Shown here in pieces: positions 60,965-64,000 of a stretch of 64,000 bases of DNA. This DNA is from Octopus sinensis. Its lineage: Eukaryota. The translations under genes and the position numbers were made by a program. Under the pieces are notes generated by a model. The model was not told the DNA's origin. It saw only the letters and a list, made by a program, of their open reading frames with translations, and did no database searches. The DNA lies in contig NC_043019.1 of assembly GCF_006345805.1 (NCBI RefSeq), positions 26,721,360 through 26,785,359 on the forward strand, in the 5' to 3' direction. How positions within the stretch are numbered: the first letter of the stretch is position 1; each line of letters opens with the position of its first letter.

Positions 60965-62799
60965 AAAAGGACCAATAGGATGAGTACCAAGTTGAAAAAA
61001 ATTAATTAGTCCTGGGGGTTGGCTCATTCAACTAAGAATTCTTCAAGGTGGTGCCCCAGCATGGCCACAGTCTAACAACTGAAACAAATAATAGGCACAC
61101 AGGTAAAAGATAAATATAACTGAAATTTTTAAACAGTGAAGGGATATGAGGGTCCACCCGAGTAAAACAGGAACGAAAGGGGTCCATAGGTAAAAAAAAG
61201 GGTTGACAAATACCTTTCTTTTATTCTTTTATTCTTTATTCCTTTACTTGTTTCAGTCATTTGACTGTGGCCATGCTGGAGCACCACCTTTAATCAAACA
61301 AATCGATCCCAAGACTTATTCTTTGTAAGCCTAGTACTTATTCTATCGGTCTCTTTTGCCAAACCGCTCGCTAAGCTATGGGGATGTAAGCACACCAACA
61401 TTGGTTGTCAAGGGATGGTGGGGAGATAAATTACATACATACATATTTTCCCTTCTATGATGTCCCACTCTACCTATCATATTATGTATATTTGTAGTGA
61501 CTTTAAACCCTATACCCCCTAGAAACTATAAAATCATACAACCTCATCCGACGACTGGCCCCCATGCCAACCCCCCTTCATTGGACACTAAACTCTGCTT
61601 GTGAAGACCTGTTGGGGCAAGTGAAATCGGAATCGAAATTGAACCAATCCTATGACTGGCACCCGGCAGTTGCCAGTGCCGCTGGACTGACTCCTGTGCA
61701 GGTGGCAAGTAAAGAAACACCGTTTCGACCCTGTGCTTGAGGAGACCTATTGAGTCAAGTACATCAACATCAAAAAATCAAATGGAAATTGTAGTTATGA
61801 TACCTGTGCCGGTGGCACGTAAAAAGCACCATCTGAATGTGGCCGATGTCAGTGCCGCCTCGACTGGCTTCCGTGCTGGTGGCATGTAAAAAGCACCAAT
61901 CCGATCGTGGCCGTTGCCAGCCTCACTTGGCACGTAAAAAGCACCCACTACACTCACGGAGTGGTTGGCGTTAGGAAGGGCATCCAGCTGTAGAAACACT
62001 GCCTGATCAGACTGGAGCCTGGTGCAGCCTTCTGGCTTCCCAGATCCCTGGTCGAACCGTCCGACCCATGCTGGCATGGAGAACAGATGTTAAACGATGA
62101 TGATGATGAGGATGAATAACACCTGTAACATTACAACTTATAAAATCTCTTCAGTCTGAATTCCATTAACTGCCTTCACTACTTCCCCCCTCTTTTTGAG
62201 TTACCTTCATCTTCTCCTTGCCTCTAATCTCCTGTCTCTTTAAATGTAGATTATATGTATTTCTTACTACTTTCTATAAATTCTTATTTTGTTTTCTTAT
62301 TTTGATATCCTTACTTATTAACTTCTTATCTCTTATAGACTATTATTTTTCTTGTTCTTAAATTGATATTTTTTAGTTACTTAAGACTATGAGAGATATT
62401 TATACTATATCCATATAAGCATATAAATATTTGTGTATGTATATATATGTATATATGCACATATATATGTGTGTACGTGTATCTGTATGCATTTTTACAC
62501 TTTTCTGATTCATGGCTTAAAATTAATAGATAGCATATATATCTTTCTAGTTATTCCATATGTAAATGCCTTAAGCAGTCTTTATAGAAACCACCTAATT
62601 AAGTAAATGAATGGATATTAAACTGCTTCTATGTAATCTTCCTTTTTAATGTTTATAATTGATATATACACACCTTTTACCTATTTTGGTTATGATATCA
62701 TTTTTGAAATTCTTAAATTTTAAATTTTATTATTATACAGCTTAACAATATTGTTTATAAACAATCACCCAAAGTGCCCCAATATAAAATTTCCTCTGT

Positions 62800-63120
62800 A
62801 TTAACATCTTAGGTTTCTTAGCATCATGCCCCTTTGACTAGTGATTAACATCATGATTTAGAGTTTTCCTCTACCCAGCCTCCTTTTATAGACAGTTACT
62901 CTATATCCAATCGAGTACTCCTAATGTCTTCTTTCCTCCCCGAGGAAAAGAGATACATATGACAATATTTATGACCATACCTAACCATGAGCTGTCAGCT
63001 CACTGTTACCCTTCATTCTAAACAGACCACAGTCCTCTTGTCTTAGATTTAGTAGTTGATAAAGAGACGAATGAATTAGAAATGAACAACATTCCTTTAC
63101 AAGCTATGCCAATCTTGGAA
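62800..63120 (+). mobile_element. Possible LINE AP-endonuclease remnant
   Basis: TDHSPLVLDL matches the SDH.P..... APE terminus; upstream motifs are too decayed to confirm. Confidence 0.3.
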
Positions 63121-64000
63121 GTGTAGTCTATTCGTAGCTAAAATAGCAAGGACATGAATTTCTTCCATCTTCTGCTTTGTTAAAATATTAAAAAAAAATT
63201 ATATTAATGTGTCCTACTTGTTAAAAATCCCTTTACTTATTTGTGCAGCTGAAGATAGCACTATATTTAAATCGACATAGTGATTGCATTGTACAGTTAA
63301 ATGGAGCCGCTTGAAACAGTTGTACTGCACTACTACTTGATATTCTGTTGCTTATTTTGGTTACATACATACATACATACATATGTATGTATGACAGGCT
63401 TCTTTCAGTTTCTGTCTACCTAATCCACTCTCAAGTCTTTGATCGGCTTGAGGTTATAGTACAAGACACTTGCCCAAGGTGCCATGCAGTGAGACTGGTT
63501 GGGAAGCAAGCTTCTTACCACACAGCCACTTGTGTAGAGGATATGGTTTTTCAAAGAAGCTTGAGTTGAGGTTTCATCTTAAGACTTCACTTTCAGGCCA
63601 CTGCCATGATCTTCAGATTACATGGGTGGCTTGATGTTTTTTGTTTACTGTTTAGGTTTTTTTATCCATAGTTTGGGTTATTTTTGTGGTGTTTTTTTTG
63701 TGCCTTGTAATTCTGAGAAATGTGGTTGTGGTGCTGGTAGTGGTGGGAAAACTGACATTAATGTGTGTTTATGATGAGTTGTTTTGTTGGTTGTAGTTTG
63801 TTTTGTTATTTTGGTGTGTGTGTGTGTGTAAATGTGTCAGTGTGTGTGTATGTGAGTGAGTGTGTGTGTGTAAATGCATCAGTGTGTGTGTGTGAGTGTA
63901 TGTGTGTGTGTAAATGTGTGAGTGTGTGTATGTGTGTGTGTGTCCTTTACTTGTTTCAGTCATTAGATTGTGGTCATACTGGAGCACTACCTTGAAAGAT

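Noticed and set aside
7530-62077. Recurring ORFs with FLQLDALPNANHSVSVVGAFYVPP or RQASFSFRLPNPLTRHWSARGYSRRHL
   Set aside because: Chance frames in the family C and SINE A consensus sequences, not a gene family.
703-63995. Most ORFs in the supplied track (poly-YI, HT, CV, MYVC, poly-M/I/P/H; for example 51308-52438, 55935-57035, 17292-18074 beyond exon 4)
   Set aside because: They are translations of di-, tri- and tetranucleotide microsatellites, which lack stops in some frames.

Overview
AT-rich, microsatellite-saturated animal genomic DNA; the repeat families point to an octopus/coleoid cephalopod (inference, not proven). The window holds one clear multi-exon gene on +, a PPP1R42/LRRC67 (TLRR)-like leucine-rich-repeat protein. 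It has 7 phase-compatible coding exons from 8108 to about 37060, a candidate RFX/forkhead/NRF1 promoter near 5600-5730, and an unresolved 3' end (candidate exons at 42840 and 46131). Also present: a tRNA-Gln(TTG) gene on - (4465-4536) and a possible first exon of a second gene (57625-57733). The rest is transposon-derived: tRNA-derived SINEs, RTE, CR1 and R4-like LINE fragments, a Penelope GIY-YIG remnant, Helitron/Helentron elements, Merlin, mariner and hAT remnants, and mini/microsatellites. The most notable unannotated signal is a set of minimal type-I hammerhead-ribozyme (HHR) motifs in at least four unrelated repeat families, three with Penelope-style inversions. One of them is a tRNA-promoter-headed (SINE-like) unit carrying an HHR terminal repeat (35896-36475). 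Nearly all ORFs in the supplied track are microsatellite or repeat artefacts. All alignments and folds were done by eye; no searches were run, and repeat boundaries are approximate.
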